This document shows positions 1 to 9,957 of a stretch of DNA of 64,000 nucleotides, one piece after another (positions within the stretch are counted from its first letter, which is position 1; each line of letters opens with the position of its first letter). The stretch covers positions 62,001-126,000 of the forward strand of contig NIVC01001344.1 of assembly GCA_002269645.1 (NCBI GenBank). The letters run 5' to 3'. The notes under the pieces are model-generated. The model did not search any database and was not told the origin of the DNA. It worked only from the letters and a program-made list of their open reading frames with translations. A program made the position numbers and the translations under genes. Origin of the DNA: Macrostomum lignano (Eukaryota).

Positions 1-197
1 TGGGGTCGAGGGGGCGATGAGCCCCCCGCGGGGGTGTGGGGGCAGAGCCCCCACGTAAACAAACACTTATAATTAATTGTCTATGGTCTAAAGTGATGTA
101 TGTTCTTAAGAGCTACACGTCGGGAGATCAGGTCTGACTTTCATTTAAGTTTCGACAGTTCATTCATTTATTACAGAGTCTATCGAAAAGCTTTTCG

Positions 198-1589
198 ATG
201 CGTCGAATTCTTAATCCACTCGTCGACTATTCAAAAGATTTTATTGGCAACTTCGATCCAAACGTCCTACCGCTCGATTTCGTAAAGTCACGCGCTGGTG
301 GAGATTTTCAAGATCATCAGTGGCTGGCGGCTGAGATGAAAAGATATGAAGAAGAAGTGGAGTTGGAAGATTTATACGAGATAGAGACGTTTGAGACACC
401 ACTGTTGGATGGTGGCGGTCGTTTTGCTATAGTCGACAGTGTTGCCGCGCTGAACGAGTCTGTCCGTCCAAAGGGCACAATCAATCGGAACAACTGGGCC
501 CTGCGAATTTTCCAGGCATGGGTGAGCTCTCGTGTCAGTGAGATCGGCATGAAGCCCATCACCGAGTTCAGCTGTGAGGAAATCAATACGATTCTCGGTC
601 GCTTCATCCACGAGGTGCGAAAGGTCAACGGCGAGCGTTATCCTAGAGGGTCATTAGTATCGATAGCCGCTGGACTTAATTCGGCCATTCGAGAGGTCCA
701 GCCGACAGTAGATCTGTTCAAGTCAATGGAACTACGGCCATTCAGGGACTTGTTGGACGCTGCCATGAAACTGTCAACCGCCGCTGGTACTTCACTCAAC
801 AGTAAGCCAGCTGGGATTTTAAGTGTTTCTGACGAAGAAAAAATATGGCAGTCTGGAGTCCTCGGCTTGGATAATCCTGATCAGCTGACCAAGACGCTCT
901 TTTTTCTCAATGGACTCCACTTTGCTCTACGTGGAGGTGAGGAGCATTCGAATCTGATGCTTTCCCAGATAACAATTGAAATACGCGACAACGAAGAGTG
1001 TCTTATTTACCGAGAAGCCTCATCAAAGACCTACCATGGCGGCTTGAATGACAAACGTCGCAAACAAGTGGAGCGGTTGTACGTCCCTTCTCACGCTAGA
1101 TCCGTCTGTCATCTACAAGCGTTCAAGACTTATCTAAAGGTGCGTCCCCCAGATGCTACACGATTCTACCTCCAATCGGCCAAAAAGTGGGATAGCGGTG
1201 CGGCGTGGTATTGTAACAGACCGATTGGCAAAAACTACATGTGCAAAATGATGGCTACGATCACCGAGGATGCTGGCGTGCCCAAGCTGACAAACCACAG
1301 CCTGAGGGCAACATGTGCGACGCGTCTCTTTCAAGCTGGTGTGGACGAGCAGCTTATAATGGAGCGTACGGGCCATCGCAGTGTCGACGGCGTACTTGCG
1401 TACAAGCGAACACCTACGAACCTAATCAAGTCGTCTAGTCTGGTGGTCGATGGCAGGCCGATTCAAGAAGCCACGACCTCATCTGGTGCATCTGGAAGTG
1501 GTGGCCACAGCTTCGTATTCAACAACTGTTCCGTTGTTCAAAACATTTGTACGATGGGTACCTGTAGTCGACCTGATGGATTGCTATAA
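198..1589 (+). CDS. Tyrosine recombinase, Crypton/DUF3504 (ZMYM/QRICH1-like) family, 463 aa, catalytic residues intact
   Basis: Motifs include PKGTINRNNWALRIFQAW, FIHEVRKVNGERYP, LHFALRGGEEH (Arg I), NHSLRAT (HxxR) and TGHRSVDGVLAYKR (His, catalytic Tyr). The ORF is uninterrupted. Confidence 0.9.
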   Translation: MRRILNPLVDYSKDFIGNFDPNVLPLDFVKSRAGGDFQDHQWLAAEMKRYEEEVELEDLYEIETFETPLLDGGGRFAIVDSVAALNESVRPKGTINRNNWALRIFQAWVSSRVSEIGMKPITEFSCEEINTILGRFIHEVRKVNGERYPRGSLVSIAAGLNSAIREVQPTVDLFKSMELRPFRDLLDAAMKLSTAAGTSLNSKPAGILSVSDEEKIWQSGVLGLDNPDQLTKTLFFLNGLHFALRGGEEHSNLMLSQITIEIRDNEECLIYREASSKTYHGGLNDKRRKQVERLYVPSHARSVCHLQAFKTYLKVRPPDATRFYLQSAKKWDSGAAWYCNRPIGKNYMCKMMATITEDAGVPKLTNHSLRATCATRLFQAGVDEQLIMERTGHRSVDGVLAYKRTPTNLIKSSSLVVDGRPIQEATTSSGASGSGGHSFVFNNCSVVQNICTMGTCSRPDGLL

Positions 1590-1855
1590 ATCGTTAGCTG
1601 TACGTAACAAACTGAAATAATATGCGAACATACTGGTGAAAACTGTTTTGACCATTGCAATGATCTGTTAAATTCAATTTTTTATCATATTGCATGTTTA
1701 GTGTCTATGGTCAGAATCAACTGACTGAAGAAATATACCGACAAATAAAATTTCGGAAAAACTAAGATTATCAAGTCGAAAGATTAGAAAGTTGCGTTAT
1801 CTATGGTTTATTGACATTTAACGCCCGATTGTCTATTTCAAACTTACTCTAATGC

Positions 1856-1896
1856 AAATTAGCGGGCAGTTAATATCATTAACTGCCCGCTAATTT
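1856..1896. other. Perfect 19-bp inverted repeat with 3-nt loop
   Basis: AAATTAGCGGGCAGTTAAT-ATC-ATTAACTGCCCGCTAATTT, read directly from the sequence. Confidence 0.9.
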
Positions 1897-2799
1897 TGTC
1901 CCACTTTGTCAAGGACACAAATGTCTATGGCACAATAATAGTAATACCCATGCTTTGCGGGCGTTAATGAGAAATCAGAGGGCGCCGTTAGACTGCTACA
2001 GTCAACCAATTTGAGAATGTCCATTTGGTAGCAGTAGATACCCGCTTGGCCGCCATTCGTCCGCTTTTGGGGTCCTTTCCGGACCAAATAGAGATTTTAT
2101 CCGCATTTCATCCGGATTTCACGTCCGGACCAAAATGTGGGACAAATTCCGGGCCAAATCCGGACAAAGGGGTTTCGCAAGCTACTTTTGATCCGGATCT
2201 CATCCGCAATTTGATCCGAACTTTTGACCGGCTTAGAGCGGACGAAAAGTCGGACTTCAGTCCGGATGACAGTAGGGCGAAAATGTATTTTGTCCGGAAA
2301 TTTCATCCGCTTTGTCTCCAGCCTGTTCAACCGCAATTGAGCCGGATTTCGCCGGACAAAGTTCCGGACGTAGATCGGACAAATGTTAAGATTGCTGTCT
2401 TACTTAATGTAGTCTTCAGCTGTACCCACTGTACTGTCTGTACTGACAGACTGCTTATTCGTATAGTATTCGTACGCAAATCCCGGATACGCTAATAAAT
2501 GATGTCATTCTTGTGCAGCGCACACCAATTCAATTTGGCATTTTGACAGCTCGCCAGCCTTCTTTATTTGCATGATTATGAAGAGTTCTAGGTTGGCATT
2601 TCATAGGCATGTTGTCAAGGGACTTAAAATGTACAGTGATGTACAGGAAGCTTCTTTTTCATTTTGCCGTACGTTTTGTAGGGTAATAGCTTCGCCTCTA
2701 AAAAGAGTAATAATTACGGTGCCACCGTTAACATGAGACACAAAGGTAAAGCTTTCTTTCGGCCATTCCAGCGCACCACATTTCTGCTGTCAGCTGCAT

Positions 2800-5501
2800 A
2801 TGGAGGAGCAGGACGCACAGCATCGCAGGCGCCTCTGGATGAGGACGTACATGCAGAAGCGAAGGGCGGCGGCTCGCACACGCTCTCGGTCACCTATGTC
2901 TGCCTCTGGATCATTGCCCGCCCATCCGGACCACACCCCACCCAGTGCAGATGACGGCTCAGACGGAAGTGCAGATGACGGCAGCGCCGGTGACGGCTCA
3001 GACGGCAGTGCAGATGACGGCAGCGCCGATGACGGCTCAGACGGCAGCGCCGATGACGGCTCAGACGGCAGCGTCGGTGACGGCTCAGACGGCAGCGCCG
3101 ATGACGGCTCAGACGGCAGCGCCGGTGACGGCTCAGACGGCAGCGCCGATGACGGCTCAGACGGCAGCGCAGATGACGGCTCAGACGGCGGCACCGATGA
3201 CGGCAGCGCCGATGACAGCAGCGCCGAGGACGCCGGTGAAATTAACATCCCCGTGCCCCATGACATGCTGGAAAATGCCTGGCACGATGCCCTGCCTCTG
3301 ACAATCGGCGAAGCGCTGTGCGAGGTGAATGCCTGTGCATTAGACCTAAATGTGTCACGGGACGGATTTACCAGACTGTTGGCAATGTTGCATCGCCTAG
3401 TGCCCGGCAATAGGCTGCCTAGATCAGGACGAGCCGCTCGCGATGCAACCAAGTCGATGCAGACCATGTCGGGCACGACAAAGTGCTTCACGGTGTGCAA
3501 TGAATGCAACAGGAATTCGCCTGGGGTGTGCCGAGCAGGTCTCACAACTTGCGCGCACTGCGGTGCGACCAACGTGGCGAACTTCTGGTGTTTTGATGTG
3601 CCCAGACAGCTGAAGACGCTCATAGAGTGTCGTAGCATGTTGGACCACGTCGTTTTCCCGGCCGACAGAGTAGTGCCACCCGACGTTGTTCACTTTGCCA
3701 CTAGTGAGCTGTACGTTCAGTTCACGGACGGCGTCGATGTTCCGTCGGTTCCGAGCCGCTGCGACCTGTCCTACACTTTCTGCTCAGACGGCTTTCCACT
3801 GTTTAGGACAAGTTCGGTTGAAGTTTGTCCCGTCTACCTTAGTGTCAATGAGTTACATGACCGTTTTAAGCTGCGCTACGTAGTGATTTGCGGCGTCTGG
3901 GCCGGAAAGAAGAAGATCAATGCGAGTGCATTCCTCCCATTGGTCGTGGCCACCCTTAATGACCTACGCTTTACCGGGCTAGAGTTTGTTGACCAACAAG
4001 GCGTTCAGCGCCGTCTACGGTTTCATCCGCTAATCGCGATGTTTGACGCTCCAGCCAGAGCTGACGCGCTGTGCATGAAGCGCTTCTCCGCAAAATATGG
4101 ATGCGATAAATGTTATCTGCTGACGTCCCTACACCCCTCGAAGCACGGTCGAATGTTCGGCGTACAACTAACTCCTGCCATGCAGGGAACCGCCCGTCGC
4201 CTTGGCTGCACCCAAACGCTGGTTCGGTCTATGAATAACACATTTACTCTAGCTGAGCGCCACGCGCAGCACAACCTGAACTCACGCACCGACATGCTAG
4301 GCGTCCGTGGACACTCGCCGCTCGGGCGACTGTGCGGGTTCGACTTTATCAGGGCGACACCACCGTGCTCTCTACACCAATTGTGCTCGGGATTGGTTCG
4401 CTACATCCTGTTTCAATTGTTTCTCGTGCGACATGAGAAGCCTGACCGGGGTGATACCAACTGCCCTGATCTGCACAGTCGGATTGCCGTAGTACAGAGT
4501 CGCCTGGAGAACATTCACCTGCCCAGTTGCGTGCAGCGCCACACGGTGCGTGAGCTGAGAGACCTCCGTCACCTTCGTGGCCACGAGCTAGCAGTCTGGA
4601 TCCTAGCTTTCGGCCCGATGGTGCTGGGGGAATTTCTGCCGCCGGAACACTACTGGCACCTGTTGCTCCTATCCTCCGCTGTATTCTGGATGACCTTGGA
4701 GGGTGCCCCAAGAAGCGAGTTGCGGCATGTCGAAATAACTCTCCGGCATTTCCATGCCGCGCCTATACTCACTAAGGGCCCTCACGTACAACAGCCACCA
4801 GGTGTGCTGTCACATGCTGCCATCCGTTCTGCTATCCGGGCCACTGCACAGACAGTCAGCAGGACTCTTTGAAACCATGCACTCCCGTTTGCGTCGTTGG
4901 ATTCACGGTTCCAGGCGCACTGACATCGAATTGGTTGGCGCAGTGGAGAGGGAAGTCGCAGTAATCCAGGCTGAAAATTTTGTCAACGACGGTGTCCGCC
5001 ACCCTGAACCGCGTGGTAAACGCAGGACAGTCACTCGTGATTGGAGTGCTGTTGCGACGTCCGCAGGGTACAACGGACGGCTGGCGCACTGTGTCACTGC
5101 CTACCGGGGTGACCATCGTGGTATTCGAGCCCGCGCCCACGGAGGGCGGCGCCGGTAGAGGAAGGTCCACCTCCAGCTTTGTGGCATTTCGAGGACCAGA
5201 AGCCACGTCCTTCAATTTCGCACGTGTTGAGGCACTCAGCGTCAACCAAAAAAACCACGTCATGGTCTCTCTCGTAGCGCTACCCATTGACCCACTGGAG
5301 GCACTTTGTGCGGTCTCTGCAGCGTCACCTAACCGTGGGTGCCGCTCCGTTCATGTGCGGCGCCTTGTGGTTGACCCGTTCGTTGACAGGCTGATTCTCG
5401 GTGCCGCTGTATGCGTGCCTCTGGCCGACGTTGTCGGCGTATGCATCGTTTCTGACACGCATATCGCCCTAATGCCGCATGCCCAAATGGGTTTCTCTTA
5501 G
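2800..5501 (+). pseudogene. EnSpm/CMC transposase with two frameshifts (near 4753 and between about 5000 and 5160)
   Basis: Frame 1 has CNEC/CAHC, SDGFPLFRTSSVEVCPV, FDAPAR...GCDKC and LHQLCSG. The conserved C-terminal block TYNSHQ...GPL..QSAGLFE continues in frame 2 (4754-5158). A V/C-rich tail follows in frame 3 (to 5501). Confidence 0.85.
2950..3230 (+). repeat. In-frame 24/15-bp coding repeat (ADDGSDGS)n in the transposase N-terminus
   Basis: Units of GATGACGGCTCAGACGGCAGCGCC are visible and preserve the frame. Confidence 0.85.
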
Positions 5502-5833
5502 CAGTTTAGTCAAGCCGGTTCTGTCCAACGACAAAAATGTAGACTTAGAAAAAGTATTTTTCCGTTCTGTTTCTGTTTCTCTATCCGTTTTCTTCACTTG
5601 ATGCATCTGCAATGGCGCTTATCTAGCCTGATTTCAGTATTGCTTATATATGATTTGAAATGCAGCATCACGTTTTCCCGTATTTACATTACATATTTAT
5701 TCCCGTATTTACTTCGTGCAGATACCTTCGAAGTCAATACCTTCGATGGTTAGTTAACAAGGTTACCTCCGGTTACCATGAAGATTATTATAGTACATCA
5801 ACCGTCATCATCATCAGTTGCAGCTGCTACAAG

Positions 5834-6822
5834 GCGTGATTTTCTTCTTGACTCCGACTTCTGCCAGGACGCCTCCAGAGCCTGGCGTCTCGTTCGCAGC
5901 CTCAGCGGCACCCCCGCCGACGACTGCCCGAACGAGGCCCTGGTGGCCGACGGCAAAGCCCACTGTGATAACGCCGCGGTTAATCGCCTCAGCTTCAATC
6001 GCGATGACTGCTCAATCGCAAGGCGAAAGTGGCCACTCGCCAAGGCAAATCGGATTTGCGCCTCGAGGGCTGCACTCCTTTCACCGAGGTCGAGTTGGCC
6101 TCGGCCATCGCGCATCAACGCCCCACTGGCGCCCCCGGACCGGACGAAGTCACTCCGCGCTTCCTGAAGGCTCTAGGTCCCGCCGCGAGAGCCGAGCTTC
6201 TCAGGAGCTTCAACCGCTCGCTGTCAGCCGGAGTGGTCGCCCAACAATGGAAAAACGCTACCATCATCCCGCTGCTCAAGAAAGGGAAGCCAGCCTGCGA
6301 CCTCGCGTCCTTCAGACCAGTCAGCCTCACCTCTTGTGTGATCAAGGCCCTGGAGCGCATGGTGACAACTCGTCTCATGTTCCAACTCGTCTCATGTTCC
6401 TTGCTGAATCTCGCGGCTGGGTGTACCCTCAACAGGCTGGCTTTCGCAGACAACGCTGCTGCGAAGACCAGATTCTCGCCGCCGTGCAAGGTATCAGCGA
6501 TGGCTTTCAGCAGACTCCCATGTTGCGCTCGATCATGGTCTTTCTTGACTACAGTAAAGCATTTGACAAAGTGTGGGTGGAAAAGTTGCTGCTCACCCTC
6601 ATTGACAAAGGCGTACCGGCCGTGTTCGTCAAATGGATCCGAGCCTTCCTCGGCAATCGTCAGGCGAGAGTCTGCGTCAATAGCACAGTCAGTCACTACC
6701 ACCGCCTTGGCCAAGGCCTGCCTCAAGGCTCTGTGATTGCTCCGCTGCTGTTCGTCATCTTCATCGACCCCGTGGTGAACTGCATCCCACCGCAAATCAG
6801 CATCCTGATGTTCGCGGACGAC
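5834..6822 (+). pseudogene. Internal fragment of a non-LTR (LINE) reverse transcriptase inside the EnSpm element
   Basis: Motifs are APGPDEV, WKNATIIPLLKKGK, FRPVSLTSCVIKALER, QQAGFR, FLDYSKAFDKV, LPQGSVIAPLLF and MFADD, after which homology stops. It is split over three frames and has no poly(A) tail. Boundaries are approximate. Confidence 0.85.
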
Positions 6823-8002
6823 TCACCGACCCCTGGGAGACGTGTGCTAATAGTCAGAGCTAATAAAAACCGCGCCTCGGCGAAACGCTGGTCCGGAGAC
6901 CTGCTTCGCGGCCCGTTTTTTAAGAAAAGTGAGGCCACGGGTGCTGCCCTTTTAACCAACGTGCACGCCCCGCCGCTAGAGCTGCCTCGTGACTGCGCCT
7001 CCTGTCGGGGGTTACTTGTGGAACTGCAGAGAGAGAAAAGTCTGACCGACACACTGCGTGAGTAGATGCGACTGTGACTAGCTTTTCCTGCTCTAGCGGC
7101 GTCTAGCGGCGATCGATCGCCGGATCCGGACGCGGAATCCGATCCGGGGGATGAATCGGAGAGTTTGCACCGCTTTACGGACTTCTTAGCGGACAGTTAG
7201 CTGTCTGTGTCGCAGACACGCGCTTTGAGCGACGCATGCGACAGGGCGGCATCTCAAGCAGGCAGGACCTTCCACGGCACCTGCGGTGGAAGCTGTCGCT
7301 CGGGTACCGCTTTCCGACCAGCAGGCCTTTTTGAGGATCTCCACCCAGCGCCGCTCCGAGCTGGATCATCGCAACTATGGGCTGCGCAAATTGATGGCGC
7401 CCCCAGTAGACACCGACATCGAAGAGGCCACACTAGCATCCCGTCGCAGGGCCGCAAGAATGTCTACACTGCGCGCTCTTTTTAGGGCCATTTTTACGGA
7501 CGCGGAATTGGCGCACTACAGCATTTCTGGTCGTCAAGCCTCAGGCTACGCCACGTCTGCTGCAAATCCTGCCAAACTGCAGTCGGCAAAACTGTGGCTG
7601 CAGAACGCTGAGATCTCTTTTACCACGGACGATCGGCGCCGCGCCTTCACTCGCTGCGGCGAGGCGGTCCGCCGACGCATGGGCCTGCCAAAGCACATTC
7701 GGCCAAAGAAGAACCGAACAGATCGCCAGCGTCCAAAGAAGGCGGCTCGAGTCTCGCAGCAGACTGTAGTGCGCATCATCGGAGTCGGCTCGAATGCATC
7801 CAACACTTCCGACGTCGCCGCGCAAGCCGCTGCCATTCCTGCCGTTCCAACGACCGGCAGACCGGTTTCCCAGGGCGTTGAAAATTGTGCTGCTGCTGCT
7901 GCTACTGCTATAACACCGTCCTTGCCCGTCACCGGCGTGCAGGAATTGGAGTCGGGAGGTCATCTCGAAGATGATTTGCTGCTGCGTGTTTTGCAGCAGT
8001 GA
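6823..8002 (+). CDS. Probable EnSpm accessory ORF2 with a C-terminal BEN-like DNA-binding domain, likely multi-exon
   Basis: LRALFRAIFTDAELAHYSISGRQ...NPAKLQSAKLWL (about 7460-7680) resembles the BEN consensus (LF..eEL...s.sG....Dp.kl). A basic NLS-like stretch follows. Candidate short introns are 7058-7096 and 7196-7229. Confidence 0.55.
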
Positions 8003-8569
8003 GACTGATTTCTGCATTCTTTTCACTGGACCGCCTACGTACACTAGTGTATACGGAGATTGCGGCACCAGAGTAGAGTACACCAGATCCGGGTATAATT
8101 AGAAGTTGTTGAGTGCACCACGTGTAGTGTATGCAGATACTGCACAACCAGAGTAGGAATTACCAGATCGTGATTAGAACTTCATTACAAATTTGTAATC
8201 TGTCTTTAGTCGATTTAGCAGCAGAGCAGGAGAAGAATCATCTACTCTTTTGTAGAATAGATCAAATGATCAAAAGGGATCGATCGATCCAGTCTCGATA
8301 GTTTGTGTTCGTTGTCGCTTGTTGGCCTTATTGGTCTAAGTGTGCATTAAAAGTAAAGACGTAAGCATTCATAACATCTTTTATAAAAAGTGTTCCCAGC
8401 ACGTACTGGACATAATCATTTCTTGTGTGAACAAAAGTTATGCGTCATTGTCTGTCTTGTCAGACTTCAATTCTTTCACTGCAGCACTTGTTAGTTTATG
8501 CTAAACGGTTTATGCATCTGCATACGCATGGACTGTTCGAATAAGTGGGCGCTGGAAGTCACAGCATGC

Positions 8570-9540
8570 AGTGGTCCAGATTTCGGTCCGGTCTGTGGTC
8601 CACAGGGTGCGTGCGTCTCATTCGTCCAGATTTCGTCCGGATTTCGGTCCGGTCTGTGGTCCACAGGGTGCGTGCGTCTCATTCGTCCAGATTTCGTCCG
8701 GATTTCGGTCCGGTCTGTGGTCCACAGGGTGCGTGCGTCTCATTCGTCCAGATTTCGGTCCGCTTAGTGGTCCGGAATTGTGTGCGTCTCATTCGTCCGG
8801 AATTCGTCCGGATCTCGGTCCGCTTAGTGGTCCGGAATTGTGTGCGTCTCATTCGTCCGGAATTCGTCCGGATCTCGGTCCGCTTAGTGGTCCGGAATTG
8901 TGTGCGTCTCATTCGTCCGGAATTCGTCCGGATCTCGGTCCACTTAGTGGTCCGGAATTGTGTGCGTCTCATTCGTCCGGAATTCGTCCGGATCTCGGTC
9001 CACTTAGTGGTCCGGAATTGTGTGCGTCTCATTCGTCCGGAATTCGTCCGGATTTCGGTCCACTTAGTGGTCCGGAATTGTGTGCGTCTCATTCGTCCGG
9101 AATTCGTCCGGATCTCGGTCCACTTAGTGGTCCGGAATTGTGTGCGTCTCATTCGTCCGGAATTCGTCCGGATCTCGGTCCACTTAGTGGTCCGGAATTG
9201 TGTGCGTCTCATTCGTCCGGAATTCGTCCGGATCTCGGTCCACTTAGTGGTCCGGAATTGTGTGCGTCTCATTCGTCTGGAATTCGTCCGGATTTCGGTC
9301 CACTTAGTGGTCCGGAATTGTGTGTGTCTCATTCGTCCGGAATTCGTCCGGATCTCGGTCCACTTAGTGGTCCGGAATTGTGTGCGTCTCATTCGTCCGG
9401 AATTCGTCCGGATCTCGGTCCACTTAGTGGTCCGGAATTGTGTGCGTCTCATTCGTCCGGAATTCGTCCGGATCTCGGTCCACTTAGTGGTCCGGAATTG
9501 TGTGCGTCTCATTCGTCCGGAATTCGTCCGGATGTTGGTC
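8570..9540. repeat. Subterminal array of the EnSpm element: about 3 x 61 bp, then 13 x 60 bp near-identical units
   Basis: Consecutive 60-nt lines 8761-9481 are almost identical (CACTTAGTGGTCCGGAATTGTGTGCGTCTCATTCGTCCGGAATTCGTCCGGATCTCGGTC). Confidence 0.95.
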
Positions 9541-9957
9541 CGGTCTCTAGTCCGCAAGAATGCGGATCAACATCCGGAGAAGAAAACGGACGAATTGCAA
9601 ACAGCAGAGCGGATCAAGGGGTCAAAATCTGCACTTTTCGTCCGATTTGTAAACTTTTCATCCGCTTTTCGGATAGGAGAAAATACATTGCGAGGCGGAC
9701 GAAAATCCGGATATGAAACCAGGCAAAATGTCGGATGAAAGAGCCAAGCGGGTATACTTTTTCTTGCTCATAGACATAGACGGATAAAGATGTTGACATC
9801 CTTCTTTGTGCTGATATCTATGGCCGAAACATCAACTTGCTTGCAAGACGGGCAAGACTAAATCTACTGCTGCCAAAAGCAATTACTGGCTCCTTTTTCT
9901 CTCCAAAAATAATGTCATTTTTGACGATTTCATTTCCACTATGGATTTAGCTTTCAC

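Larger units (their letters stand above)
78..1930 (+). mobile_element. Crypton-type (tyrosine recombinase) DNA transposon; right end uncertain (candidate TATGG ends near 1710, 1806, 1930 or 9823)
   Basis: A single intronless YR ORF lies between identical 11-bp direct repeats TGTCTATGGTC (78-88, 1702-1712). Further TCTATGG copies occur at 1800 and 1924. No TIRs were seen. Short TATGG-type terminal direct repeats are described for some Crypton families. Confidence 0.7.
2041..9752 (+). mobile_element. CMC/EnSpm (CACTA-like) DNA transposon, 7712 bp, full length but decayed
   Basis: TIRs are CCCGCTTGGC (2041-2050) and GCCAAGCGGG (9743-9752), each flanked by TA (2039-2040, 9753-9754). TCCGGA/TCCG-rich subterminal repeats occur at both ends. 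An EnSpm-type transposase and a second ORF lie inside. Confidence 0.85.

Noticed and set aside
2790-3638. 282-aa antisense ORF with PSEPSSAL repeats
   Set aside because: It is the shadow frame of the transposase acidic repeat.
8545-9738. 397-, 381- and 292-aa ORFs; superficially CRISPR-like regular array
   Set aside because: These are 60-bp tandem units with no unique spacers, inside the transposon end. No cas genes are present and the DNA is eukaryotic.
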